Shown: positions 24,383 to 37,050 of the stretch, one piece after another
How the letters are laid out: each line of letters starts with the position of its first letter
How positions within the stretch are numbered: the stretch's first letter is position 1
Origin: Octopus bimaculoides
Lineage: Eukaryota
Assembly (NCBI RefSeq): GCF_001194135.2
Contig: NC_068992.1
Location: forward strand, 60,370,351-60,432,595
DNA length: 62,245 bases
Direction: 5' to 3'
Notes under the pieces: generated by a model
What the model was told of the DNA's origin: nothing
Database searches by the model: none
The model's input: only the letters and a program-made list of their open reading frames with translations
Made by a program: the position numbers and the translations under genes

Positions 24383-25224
24383 GCCACAAACTAATATTTA
24401 GCTGATATGGCAAGAGTAACTGGCTTACATCAAGCATTTGTTAGTAAAGCGATTAAATAATTAATATATATTTTTCAAAACACACAAAGCGTATTTTATA
24501 AAATTTACGATAAATTTAATGTAGCCAAACTATAGTTTCCTATACTTATGCTGCGGAAACTAGAAAGTCATGAATGCATCTCCTTATTCTCTTCGGAGAC
24601 AGAACAATAAAAGACAAGTAAGCAGTTACACTGAATTGGCTTGTATCTTTATAGTACATCACCACCCATATCTTTCCACCTGTGAGGACAATTTCATAGC
24701 AACTGCTATTTAAATTAAGCAGAAACTAATACTTACCTAAAACAGCTTGATTAATTTTTAGAAATCTTATACCACTATCAAAGACATTCTATCTGACTGG
24801 TTGATTTGAAGCTCATCATTAGCACACACAACAACATCTTGCCCACGTTCGTTCACCTTCCTTTCACTTGTTCTCTATCACGACTATAACAGCACTTGCT
24901 CCTCAAAGCAGTCTGATTATACTATGTCTACCTTTGCTATAGCGAGCACTCATATCTTCATTTTTCGTCAATCTCTTTAGGGCTTTTAGTAAAGGTGTTT
25001 CTTGTTAATCATTCCTCCCCAACACATTCCTTGCCTTTCTACTTGTTATGAATGCATTATGAATTATTTAAGAAGAAACATCAACTGTGAGCATTTCTCC
25101 ACGTTTGAAATGTTTGTAAATTTCATAGTCACGAGGTGAAACTATAAAAAGAACGAAGACATGGCAATCCGGTCTCGTATGTTAGCCATTTCTTTTTTTC
25201 TATCCCAAATTTTCGTCAGCAGTA

Positions 25225-25450
25225 GTAAAATAATCTCCCCCTTCCCGAGTCATATAGACTCATAAGGGCCGGTTACCCGGTTTTCATGGCGTATATTTCC
25301 CCACCAGGACAGGACGCCAGTCCGTCGCAGGATTACTCATTTTTGTGTGGACTAGAGTAACGTGAAATGAAATGTTTTGCTCAAGAACACAATACGTTGT
25401 CCAGTTCCGGAATCGAAACCACAATCTTACGATCGTGAGTCCAACAACCA
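25225..25450 (-). mobile_element. tRNA-derived SINE with V-domain-like core
   Basis: Minus strand GGTTTCGATTCC B-box, TGTGTTCTTGAGCAAAAC linker, CCTGCGACGGACTGGCGTCCTGTCCTGG resembling the V-SINE core (from recall). Confidence 0.65.
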
Positions 25451-25788
25451 TAACACTAAAACAATGGCTATTACCACCAAAAAATATCTCAACACTATAC
25501 TTACTTCATTTAACATTTGAGCATGTCAATTTAGTCGCAATAAACTCATGAAAATTCAAATATATTTTAATTATTTAATTTTATCATTACAAAAAAAACT
25601 AAAATGTCATAATCTGAATCGATTATTGACATATTCTATCTCTCAGCGAACTTCCGGCATATCATTTATTGATGAGTCGTTCAATGAAAAAGGTTAAGTA
25701 GATTTAAACTCAGAATCTAGGGAACTGCTGGTCTAATAATAGCTTTATGATCTCACTCATTTTTTTTTCTGTCAGTAAATCATTAAAA

Positions 25789-26005
25789 GAATCTCTTTTA
25801 TTTTAGGTACAAGGCCCGACATTTTGGCGGAGGGGGCCAGTCGATTAGATCGACCCAGTACGCAACTGGTACTTAATTTATCGACCCCGAAAAGATGAAA
25901 GGTAAGATTGAACTCGGCGGAATTTGAACTCAGAACGTAAAGACAGACGAAATACCGCTAAGCATTTCGCCCGGCATGCTAACGTTTCTGCCATCTCGCC
26001 GCCTT
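25789..26005 (-). mobile_element. SINE family A, full-length, 11-bp TSD
   Basis: AATCATTAAAA at 25778-25788 and 26006-26016. Confidence 0.93.
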
Positions 26006-26148
26006 AATCATTAAAACTGAATGGGAGATCTCCGTCACTCGTCAATGAGGAATGAGTTCTCCAGGGAACTGAATTATAAGTACCTACTCTTGAAATAACG
26101 TGTAATTGGTTAAGTATTTCACAGACATATGAACACTTGATGGGACTC

Positions 26149-26273
26149 TCAATCAGAATCCGACTTCGAAACTGTGCGTGATGAATCTTCACTTTTTGTG
26201 TTACACCCGATGTGTTCCAATACAGATTTCGTCAAATCATTTTCGTTCACAAGATATGGGTCGATACGAGGTT
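26149..26273 (-). CDS. Candidate terminal coding exon ((E)PRIDPYLVNENDLTKSVLEHIGCNTKSEDSSRTVSKSDSD*)
   Basis: Acceptor tcattttctag|, phase-1 frame open for 40 codons to a stop; no recognised homology. Confidence 0.18.
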
Positions 26274-26289
26274 CTAGAAAATGACGCTT

Positions 26290-26580
26290 GCTGAAAATGT
26301 CACGCAGTAGGATCGAACTCGGAACCTGAAGATTGTAAAGCAAACGTCTTAAGCATTCCTCCAAATCGTGCTTACTAAATAATTCTAATTTTGTCACAAA
26401 GCCAGTAATTTTAAGGTGATTACATCGACCCCAATATCCAACTGGTACTGCTTTTATCGGCCTCCTAAACTAAAGGATGAAAGTGGGAAATCGACATCCA
26501 CAGAATTTGAACTCAGAACGAGGAATAAATGCCGTTAAGCATTTTGTTCGACGTGCTAACGATTCTGCCAGCGTGTCGCA
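26290..26580 (-). mobile_element. SINE B head fragment (26290-26365) and SINE family A (26385-26580)
   Basis: Reverse-complement matches. Confidence 0.75.
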
Positions 26581-27164
26581 TTGAGCCAACTAAAGAATGA
26601 AGTCTAAATAAAAACCAACATTATAGAAACGTTGGTGATATTTTATTGCTTGACAAAAAACAAAGCAAAACAAAAATCAAAAACGAAAATACTCCCACAA
26701 AGAGCCAGAGGAGTAGCTATGAGAATAAAAAACTCATAGTTTTTTATGGTTTTATTGTTAAACTAATTATAGTTTAAATGATAATTAATCTTATGACACC
26801 AAGCAACATCTACTGAAAATCTTGGATAAAATATCCATGATCGATAACGTTGCTGTTGAATCGAAAGATTAAATGCAACTGTGACCATGGCATAGAACCG
26901 AATTAATCAGGCAATATTATAAGAATATTGATATGAATATTGATCTATAGATTAATATAGTTCAGGATTATATAAACAGTTATTGCTGACGGGAACAAAG
27001 TTGTGGAAGTGTTATGCATGCATCACAGTAAACACATTCATGTCTCACATCCAACCTTACTCCCTCTTGATCTCTCTCTCTCTCTCTCTCTCTTTCTCCT
27101 TGCTAACTTTCTTTCTGTTACCACACACATACACACACACACATATGCATGCATGTATTCTAAA

Positions 27165-28345
27165 ACTAAACGCATATTTTCTTATAAGACCAATAACCCG
27201 TATGAAGTCAATAATGATCTATATGATAAATGACTTCACAAAATCGTTTCAACTAAAGCTAACACAAACAGATACAATAATATTAATGGTGAATCAAAAT
27301 TCCTCTCGAAACGAAATAAAATTGATGACAGGTTAGAATGCTTAGCTAAACGTGAAGTTAGTATTACTTAACAAAAAATCACAAACCTAATTTCAGTAAT
27401 AAGACCACTTGTAGACTTCCAAACCAAGCGAGAAACTAAATAGGATTGGTATTTAGAAAGCATACCAAGAATTATTAATACCAGAACTAGAGAGACTTCT
27501 AAAGTCGTATCACAACGGGCAAATAACAGTACTGTCATAGATTGGTTTAGAAATTTAAAGAGTAAGCACAGAGTTAGATATACACTGTTTGATATTTTTG
27601 TTTCTGGATATCGAGACCGTTGATGGATGAGGCAATTGAGTTCGCAGAAACATATGTCAATGTTGACCACATAGAGTTGGACTTTATCATGCATGGGCGA
27701 CACACTATTCGTTTTAGTAAAGGCTCTGCATGCATTAAAAATCCGATACAGATGAAATACACTGTCATACGTGTTCGTATAACAGTGCAGACATCTCTGA
27801 TCTATTTAGGTCTCTATATGTTAGATACTTTATGAAGTAAGTTACCAACTCCACGATATTGGCTTATATCGTGGCGATGGTTTGGGCATATTTCTCACAC
27901 GATAAATTTAGGAAAAAATTCAGTTAGGCCTCAAAATTACTCTATCTTCTAATTTGCCCAAAGTTGATTTCTGGGATATTTCCCTAGATACACGCTGTTA
28001 TGCATCCTATCTAAAGTCAAATATGAAGATCACATATATACATAAACAATCCTGCCCCCAACCAATAGATTTTAAAAGCTTAATAGCTAACATCAGTAAT
28101 AGGATATCTAATTTTCAAAGGAAATAGCCGATAAAACAGCCTTCTACTTTATCAATGATCTAGCTTATAGTGGTTTCAAATCTAAGATACCATATAACAT
28201 TTCAGTTAAAAATATAAAGCCTAAAACAGACATGGCAAAATAATATGGTTTCCTTCTTTTCTCTTGAGATATCAAAACTAACATTGGCGAGAAATTCCTG
28301 GCATTATTCAATAATCATTTCCCCAGTACACAACCATACTAACGC
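27165..28345 (+). mobile_element. Degenerate Penelope-like element RT, Naiad-type
   Basis: With frameshifts: SYKTNNPYE...NINGESK...KIDDRLECLAK.EVSIT..NHKPNFSNKTTCRL; STVIDWFRNLKSK...LFDI; FIMHGRH; SYNSADI..GLYML; DIGLYRGDGLG (GLYRDDG); KIIWF; IKTNIGEKFLALFNNHFP. Confidence 0.85.
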
Positions 28346-28434
28346 ATTGATGCATCTTTACGTTGATAGGTTAGCACAAATTTATATTTACATAGACAGA
28401 TTAACACCTATATATATATATATATATATATCTT

Positions 28435-28685
28435 TATTTCTTCATCCTTTATCTTTTACTTGTTTAAGTCATTAGACTGCGGTCATGCTGCAGTACTCCC
28501 TTGCAAAATGTTTAGTCGAATTAATCGACCCCCGTACCTATTTTTTAAAAATCCTAGTACTTATTCTATCGAGCTCTTTAGCCGAACAGCTAAGTTACAG
28601 GGACCGAAACACATCAACACCTAGTGTCAAGCGATAGTGAAGGATAAATGCAGGCATAAAGACACCCACAAATACACCCACATAT
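28435..28685 (-). mobile_element. SINE family B (3' part)
   Basis: GACTGCGGTCATGCTGCAG...TACTTATTCTATCG. Confidence 0.8.
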
Positions 28686-28689
28686 GTAT

Positions 28690-29330
28690 ATATACTAGGT
28701 GCGGACGGTGTTTGAGGACACATGCATTTTTAGTCATTATTTTAGTTGACTGATTTTTAATGAACTTCTGTTTCAGAAAATAACAATGACAGGCCCTATG
28801 CTCACTAATGAAATGAAAAGGCATGCTGTGATTATGGCTTTGAAGGCTCAGCATGGTGATTTAGAAATTTCTCGCTTTCTGAAAGTTGCAAGATATTTTG
28901 TCCACAAGATTCGGTGTGACTTTAGACAAAGATGGAAGTGTATTACCTGTATCAAAACGTAAAAAACCCATTTCAAACGCTCTGATTCTTTCAGGACGCT
29001 TGGATTTATTCAGGACGTTAAGCAAAACATTGAAGACAATCCAGGAAAATCAATGAGGTCAATTGCAAAATAATTTCATGTGTCAGAAAAAATATTCAAA
29101 AATGTTGTGCATGAAGACATCAGATACAATCTTACGTAATGAAGAAAGGTCTATACATGTCAGAAAAAAAAACAAAAGAAAACCGTTTAATCATATCCAA
29201 AAGACTTTTGAGCAAACTTAGAAATCCCTCACAAGATGGTATGATTTCGTTTTTCTCAGTCGAGAAAAACCTTGACCAGGACCAGAAATCTAACAGAAGA
29301 AATAACAGCATTGACCTCTTACTCAAGGCT
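28690..29330 (+). mobile_element. Tc1/mariner relic (5' half, maT-like)
   Basis: MLTNEMKRHAVIMALKAQH...NPGKSMRSIAK...VHEDIRY..YVMKKG..MSEK.KENRL..SKRLL...FFS(D)EKN.DQDQK; truncated. Confidence 0.85.
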
Positions 29331-30149
29331 TTCTCGCTGAGAACATACCTACATCACGCCCCACCATTAACAATATGTCCATGTCCTCCCATTATTAAAG
29401 ATGATAGTTTTAAAGTTTTGTTTGCCAGATTTAACAGATCAAGAGTTGCCTGTATAAAGATTCACAAACTACTTGCTGTATTTATTTAATTGACTCCAAG
29501 AGGAATCATTGCGTTTCCGATATTAAAGCAATTTCACAATCATAAAATCGTTTGGTGTGATTTTGTTCATTACTGCAATAATTGGAAAAAATTAATTTAT
29601 GCAATGTTTGCTCTCCTCCAACATCAATGTAAACAATATGTCAATATTTGGGAATTCTTTTGCTGTGGTTTGTTTATAAAACAGCTTTGAAAATCGGTCG
29701 AGTTATTGATTTTAAATTCTTATCAACAGACCACCAAACATTTAAATTATAAAATACAATTAAGGTAATTTATACCTATTTCCCATCGCAGCTGTATCAA
29801 TAGAATGTTAAAATGGCGCTAACAATTAATGTTATGATCATATACAAATGCTCACAGTTCTTTGAATTCATAAGAAAACATGGCAAATCACTCCTAAATT
29901 ATATTTTGCTGTGAATTAAAACTGCACTGTAAAAACAAAGCACTGTAACAAATAATACAAGATATCAAATAATATACGTGAATATCTTAACCGGAATAAT
30001 TGTAGCTCTCCAGTAGTAGAAGAAAAAGCAGAGGTAGGCTGGTTAGTGGTGAGTTATCAGAATCCTTTGATCATCGAAAATAAATGCCTTGTGCTAGTTC
30101 TTTTTTTTTTTTTTGGAGGCTCTTTAAAATCCAAGTTTAGACCTTGCTG

Positions 30150-30358
30150 GAGTTAAATTTCAGAATCATTAGAGCATTGGGAAAAATTATTGCTGTATTT
30201 TCCAGATTTTTATAATCTTAATTCAAATCCTTACGATGTCCCTTTGCTTTACACTCGTTAGGTGCCAATAAATTAACGTATCAATCAGGTATTAAATCGA
30301 TGGCTCTGATTAAAGCCTTTTCCTTAATTATTGCGTGCCTTGTGCTAACATTTGAAAG
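30150..30358 (+). mobile_element. Old SINE family A copy
   Basis: Diverged head and GCCTTGTGCTAACATTTGAAA tail. Confidence 0.55.
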
Positions 30359-31074
30359 TGTTGAACACGTAGATTGGTTCGCACGTCGGACAAATTGCTG
30401 ACTGGCATTTCATTTGGCTCTTTATGAGTTGAGTTTATATTTCCGCTGAGTTCGACTTTGCTTTTTAATTTTTGCAAGGTCAGAGTACAGGGAACTAGAA
30501 TGAATACATCATGAGGCAATATATACGACACACGTTTCACTCTGCCAATCACGAAGCTTGATTGTGATTAATCTAATATTTTGAGATTAGCTGGACTACA
30601 TCTCCCCAGAACAACTAATCTGTAAACTTGGAGATATGAATTGATAACCATTGATAACTGGCCTCTGACAGCGACCATCAGTGCAAATCTATTAATGATG
30701 ATGATAGTGATGATCCCAGGACTGCCCAAATCGAGCGGATATGTGATCAAAGGAGTTCTAAACACGGCTGTCCAATATGTTTATTCAAACGGAATATTTG
30801 AAGAAACAATAAAAATGTCTTCCCCAACTTGTTATTTAAGGTCGCAGCGCTTGATCTAAAGGATAATTAGCTGCTATTTCTAGGAATTCGAGCCACCACA
30901 TAGTGGTACATGTTTTGTAGTCATAGGAAAAGGCCTACCGCAAGGTAGATGGTAGTTGTTGTTATTGATATTGTTGTCCTTATTTCTGTTGTAGAGTAAC
31001 ATCCGGATCGAGCACACTTTTAATCAAACATGCTCCAATCATGACCTTACCTTTTATTTGATAATGTCTATACT

Positions 31075-31285
31075 TAAGGCGGTAAGATGGCAGAATCGTT
31101 TGCACGCTGGACATAATGATTAGCGGTGGCTCTTCACGTGCTAAGTTCAAGTTTTGCTGAGGTCAAATTTGCCTTTAATTGTTTCGGATTCGATAAGAAT
31201 AAAGTACTCGCCAAGTAACGGGACCGATATAATTGATTTAGCCCATCGCCTACGATTTATGACCTTGTGTCAAAATTTGAAATCT
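31075..31285 (+). mobile_element. SINE family A
   Basis: AAGGCGGTAAGATGGCAGAATCGTT...GACCTTGTGTCAAAATTTGAAA. Confidence 0.8.
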
Positions 31286-31384
31286 ATATAGTGCGTACCT
31301 AGAACCACACTTTCCAATATGCCGTTACATATATTTTAGAAATGTCTGAAGAATATATGACTGTTATTCCTAGCAGGTTTCGAG

Positions 31385-31800
31385 TAATCACGAAGACATT
31401 TCCTGATTGTATCGCATCATTGCGCTGGAGTCTTTCAGGGCGGTGAGTCCTCACCAGTGGGAACTAGTAAAGAATTGCATGTTCATTAGTCAGAGCGACC
31501 AAGTCCATCTAGTTGTCTTTGACTATGAATGATGACTTGTGCGCTGACTGTGTTTCAAGTGAAGAGGACTTGACTTGAGCACCATCAACATCACTCTTTT
31601 TATCCGTGATGAGACATCACTCCAGTAGCAAAACTAGGACAAGACGACAGAAGCTTCCAACGGATGCAGTAGATGGCCAAAATCTCTTGCTTGTCTTCTC
31701 TTCCTCTCTGAACTTCACTCTGCATCCGCTTTCCCATTCATTGAATCATGAAAACTTTCTCAGCGTAGTCGCCAGAGTCAGTCTCCACACGCATTGGTAG
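31385..31800 (-). mobile_element. Possible RTE-clade LINE 5' UTR fragment
   Basis: Minus-strand GATTTTGGCCATCTACTGCATCC...CTTCACTTGAAAC...GTCAAAGACAAC resembles RTE 5' UTRs (from recall only). Confidence 0.3.
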
Positions 31801-32099
31801 ACAAGAATACAACAACAAAGACAACGACAATAACTACATTAGCAATAACAACAACAATATCAATAATCATACCAGTATGTTATAACATCAATATGTATCG
31901 TCGATATTCCAAATATAGCAAAACTAATTCTAATGATTAACGATTCAGCTAAAACGTACCTTTTGGGATTATCGTTGGCAAATTATTGAATTGCTGATAA
32001 CGGAAATTACAACACTAATCTATTTGGAATTTGGTTAATTTTATTTATATGATTAAATATTTTTAATTAGGTTTCCATACCTAGAATTATTTATTCAAA

Positions 32100-32325
32100 C
32101 AGAAACAATTCTTTTCTTCTCTAGGCATAAGACCCGAAATTTTGGGGAATGAGGCTAGTCGATTATATCGACCACAGTATGCAATTAGTACTTCATTTAT
32201 CAACCCCGAAAGGATGAAAAGCAAAGTCGACCACGGCAGAATTTTGAATTCAGAACGAAGTGACAGGCAAAATACTGCCAAGCATTTCGCACGGCGTGGT
32301 AACGTTTCTGCCAGAGTCGCCGCCT
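32100..32325 (-). mobile_element. SINE family A
   Basis: Reverse-complement match ending GTCGCCGCCTT. Confidence 0.88.
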
Positions 32326-32417
32326 TCCAAACAGATATACGTGGTAAGGAACATTTCTAATAATAATTATACAAGATTAGTGGAAGTGGCGAGATTAGTT
32401 CATATGAGGATAGCTCT

Positions 32418-32845
32418 AGACGCAAGCATGGCGATATGGTCAAGAAGCTCGATTTGAAACCACATAATTCGGGATTCAATTTCAACTCCTGGCACCTTTG
32501 GCATGTGTCTTTCACTATAGTTCTGGAGCAACCGATGTATTGTTAGTGAATTTAGTAAATAGAGGCTGTGGAGACCCATCGTGAGTGTGTCTATGAGTGT
32601 ATGCGTGTGTGCGTGTGTGCGTGCGTGCGTGTGTCTTTGTGTCTGTGTGTATTCCAACACCACTTGAAAAATGGTATTGGTTTGTTTGTATCCTTGTAAC
32701 GTAGCGGTTTGGCAAAAGACAAATATACAATGAGTAGTAAACGTAAAAACACCTCATGGGATCGTTCTGTTCACCTAAAGTGCTTCAAGGTGGTGACCCA
32801 GCAAGGTCGCAGTCAAATGACAGAAACAAACAACAGATAAAACAA
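32418..32845 (+). mobile_element. Old SINE family B with internal (TG/TGCG)n
   Basis: Head and GGTGGTGACCCAGCAAGGTCGCAGTCAAATGACAGAAAC tail. Confidence 0.75.
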
Positions 32846-33074
32846 TGGCAGAAGTAACTGGTGATAGTAGCTGATAAATATACAACTAGTACCAGTGATA
32901 TATGCGGCAGAGGATTCCGAAACACAAGGAACTTCTATAAGATCAATCAATCTGCTATAAATAACAAATGTCCCTTTCACATATTTCAGATCGACATCAT
33001 GCAAGTTTTAGAAAAAGACAGGATTGTTAAGGTAGGTGAGTCTTTAATTATAGATACACTCGTTTTCAGCTGAC

Positions 33075-33182
33075 CTTGGGCTAAAGACAACAATAACATC
33101 AACTGAAAGGATTCAATCTCTGCTTGGTTTTCTTCTTCCCGAAGATCAATTACCCATGTACCAAGTTCTAATAATCGATTTT
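33075..33182 (-). CDS. Candidate internal coding exon ((E)NRLLELGTWVIDLREEENQAEIESFQLMLLLSLAQ)
   Basis: Long poly-T acceptor tttttttttctcatgacacag|, donor CAAG|gtcagc, 108 nt symmetric phase 1-1, open frame within a longer minus-strand open-frame cluster. Confidence 0.35.
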
Positions 33183-33735
33183 CTGTGTCATGAGAAAAAA
33201 AAATCAATAATTAATTAAAGAGAAAGAAACTAATCAAATTCTTTTTTCGATAATATTCTTTAATATTCTTCTGTACATAGCTCCGATTTACGAAATGTCC
33301 TTGAAATATGGCCGCCAATATATCATTACGAATAATGGTTTGTAGTACAGCCATATCGGCAGATATTAAGTAAGTCAGTGAAACTAATGATATCACACCA
33401 TCCGTAGAAAGAATTGCACCATATAATATATAACATATAGAGAGATAAGACGTATTAGTTTTAATATTCGCCAGCAGTAACTGAATATTTATCATATGAT
33501 CGAGAAAAAATATGAAAACCAATGGTTAGTAATATGGTTAGAGAGACAAAAAAAAAAAGCAGAACAAAAATAAATACATTCTGATTATTTTTTCTGTGTA
33601 CAAGGAGAAATTATTTATCATAGTCACAGCAACAGCCCATTATTATTATCCATCAGGGAATCCAACTAGACATTATTCCCGATAATATATATTAGCGATG
33701 AAATATCGATCAATTCGGCTTCATACATACATACA

Positions 33736-33786
<51 letters not shown>

Positions 33787-33867
33787 NNNNNNNNNNNNNN
33801 NNNNNNNNNNNNNNNNNNNNNNNNNNNNNNNNNNNNNNNNNNNNNNNNNNNNNNNNNNNNNNNNNNN

Positions 33868-34076
33868 TTTCCTTGTTTCAGTCATTTTTGACTGTGGCCA
33901 TGCTGGAGCACCGCCTTTTTAGTCGAAGAAATCAACTCCTTGTTTGGCTTATTCTTTGTATGCTTGGTACTTATTCATTATTCTCTTTGTCAAACCGCTA
34001 AGTTACTGGACCTAAGCACACCATCATCAGTTGTCAAGCGACGGTGGTGGGGACAAACACACACACAAACACACAA

Positions 34077-34142
<66 letters not shown>

Positions 34143-34218
34143 CGGGCTTCTTTCTATTTCCGTCTACCAAATCCACTCACAAGGCTTTAGTCGGCCCGCG
34201 TCTACAGAAGACACTTGC
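33868..34218 (-). mobile_element. SINE family B (gap N 33787-33867 at its tail)
   Basis: TTCAGTCATT..GACTGTGGCCATGCTGGAGCACCGCC...internal (TA)(TG)n...CGACGGGCTTCTTT. Confidence 0.9.
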
Positions 34219-34644
34219 TAGTTGGTTAAAATAAAGGTGGGATCTAGGCCAGTAATATCAGTACGCCCGGAAAACCTTGACGTTTAGGAAGCATGCGTAG
34301 TGGTCAAAACCGTATTCCAAAAATTCCGCTTGTTGGAGTCTTCCAAGAGGTATAAATAGGAAAAAGTCTGTCATTTTACTACAGTTGTCAAAAACTCACC
34401 TGTCAGATAAATACATTTCGAAATACGATGATTTTCACAAATATATGAAAGCGCTAATTAAATTTTATGAACATTACAAAATATATTTTCAATGTTTAAC
34501 ACACTTCAAAATTGTAAAAGAAATTATTTTTTAAAATATCGCAATAAAGAACGCGAAAATCAGACCATGTTTTAATTTTATTCAACTGCTATATTATTCT
34601 AAACATATTTGCACAAATTCGGAATATATGTATGCATGTTTTTA

Positions 34645-34891
34645 TATATACTCTTTACTCTTTTACTTGTTTCAGTCATTTGACTGCGGCCATGCTGGAG
34701 CACCGCCGTTAGTCGAGCAAATCGACCCCAGGACTTATTCTTTGTAAGCCTAGTACTTATTCTATCGGTCTCTTTTGCCAAACCGCTACGTTACAGGGAT
34801 GTAAACACACCAGTATCGGTTGTCCAGCGATGTTGGGGGGGGGGGCAAACACAGACACACATCACACACACACATATATATATATATATAT

Positions 34892-34926
<35 letters not shown>

Positions 34927-35052
34927 ACTGGCTTCTTTCAGTTTCCGTCTACCAAATCCACTCACAAGGCTTTGGTCGGCCCGATGCTATAGTAGAAGAC
35001 ACTTACCCAAGGTGCCACGCAGTGGGGCTGAACCCGAAACCATGTGGTTGGT
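34645..35052 (-). mobile_element. SINE family B, near full-length and young
   Basis: Near-identical to 47040-47393 and to the reverse complement of 54968-55309. Confidence 0.95.
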
Positions 35053-35266
35053 AGATAGATACAGATGTATGTATATAGAGAGTTAGATGGATAAATAGAT
35101 ATATGCACATATATAAATGTTATTTTTATATGTGTGTATATGCATATGTAAATATATGTGTGCGTACATGTATATCTATTTATATATATGTATGCGTGTA
35201 TACATCATCTATATATCGTTTATACTCACTATTTATAGACGTTAATTTAGTTACAGAAAACTGAGT

Positions 35267-35300
35267 TCACATGAGTCACTTCACGTGAGTCATTTCACGT
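35267..35300. promoter_or_regulatory. Tandem 14-bp repeat with two AP-1 sites (TGAGTCA 35272, 35286) and an E-box (CACGTG 35282)
   Basis: Motif matches only. Confidence 0.25.
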
Positions 35301-36469
35301 TTCTGATCCTCAGACGACAATCGATGTGAAGTTTGAAGCTATCTTATAAACATATTGAGAATGCAGCGAGCTGGTGGAATCGGTCGTGTATCGAGAAAAT
35401 GCTTTGCTAACTAAATCCCGCTGAAATCAACTCTTCCATATTTTCGCTATTTATAAAATAACGCATCTGTTAAGTTTTGGACGAATTAATCATGTGGCAG
35501 GTTTAGAATGCTCATATATTATAATGAAATACATTAAACTAGTACGCTAACGCGATATTTATGGAAAGAAATTATTCGAAGTAGCTTTCATTGCATATAG
35601 AAATCAAACTCATAAACGAAGTGTTACAATTGATGTTTTACAATTGATGTTTTAATATCTTTGAAAAAGACATTAACACATTGGATGTGCTTTTAATAAA
35701 ATCACGTGCATATAGTTATTTTTTGACCGTGAAAACAATATTTATAACGAATAAATATTAAGTTGAGGGTTAATCAACGAAATATACACGAGAATTATAC
35801 TAAAATAGAACTGTAGTGCAATGAAACTGCAGATGGAGTAAGTGATTGTAATTTCAGAAAGAAAATAATGTGGGACGGATATGAAGATGAAAACACGTTC
35901 AAAACATACGCACACATATGAATATAAACGGAAGTAACTTTGGGCTCCACTATTCATATACTAATAAAAATCAATATTAGCGATGGTATTGAGATAGAAT
36001 TTGCTCAACTGAAGGTCTGTAATGGATAAATAATCAAACTAATACACATTTATTGAATGATTGAGAATAAAAGAATTAAAATTACTTATAGTTAATACAA
36101 AATAGGTAATACGATTTAAGAATACATGGAATTCTTTCTCCTTATTGCTTTGAATAATTGCAAGTCGAATCTGAAGAAAGCTATGAATTTATTCAGTTCT
36201 AATAAATATATATGCAGAGCATATTCTTCTATACTAAGAGGATATTGTGTTCTTTATGTCAGTTATGGTTATTTGTTTTCCAGAACAAATTCTGATGTAA
36301 AACACTCCTTTGTGTCGAGCACTTTCAGAACTATAACATGCAAAAAAAAAAATATATATATATATAAAATAAATAGAATAGACAACAAATATCTCTTTTC
36401 TGCTTACAACGTCGCCACCGCTTCTACGAAAGACAATATTAATTGTCTTACGTAAAATACAAACCATTT

Positions 36470-37050
36470 TTAATATAACAGATTTGAAAGCATTATTCAA
36501 AGATAAACAAAGAATAACAAACCTAACACACAGATTCCAGACAACAAAGTTCTCCAACAATATGAAGACAAGCTATTCTCGACAACAAATATAAAATTTA
36601 CAAGAAATACCGGTAGCTTCCAAAAATATTTAAAAGCTAAAAGAGAAGCAGTGAACAGCAGTAATAAGACTTTCCTTCCATCAGATAAGGCCGAAGCTTC
36701 AATGAAATAGATAAATATAACTTTCACGGATTTCTGTTTTTGAAGTGTATAAATAAAACATATGAAACGGATTGCAATACACAAAAAATAATCTTCTGCG
36801 AAGTTACTACGGAATAAAACTTAGATATATTGCACTTTTAAAGAGCACAAGGATTAACTTTACAAATAACTGGCTCATATAGAGAGTATTCTTAAATGAC
36901 TGATCAGAGATACTCTGAAACTGCATATCCCCTTGAAAGCATTAGAAAACGTTTTTTGTGGTAAACTAGGAGTATACCATCAATGTAAATCTCCTGTTCC
37001 TCTGCCACCGATAATGAACAATTTATATTGGTTGGAAATAGACATATTTG
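36470..37050 (+). mobile_element. Highly degenerate Naiad-type PLE C-terminus (RT thumb plus GIY-YIG endonuclease)
   Basis: NNMKTSYS.TTNI (cf. NTVKVSYSC..N), NSSNK.F.PSD (cf. CNCR.K..CPL.G), MKRIAIHKK.SS (cf. FK.RY..H..SF), RYI..LKE. Confidence 0.5.
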
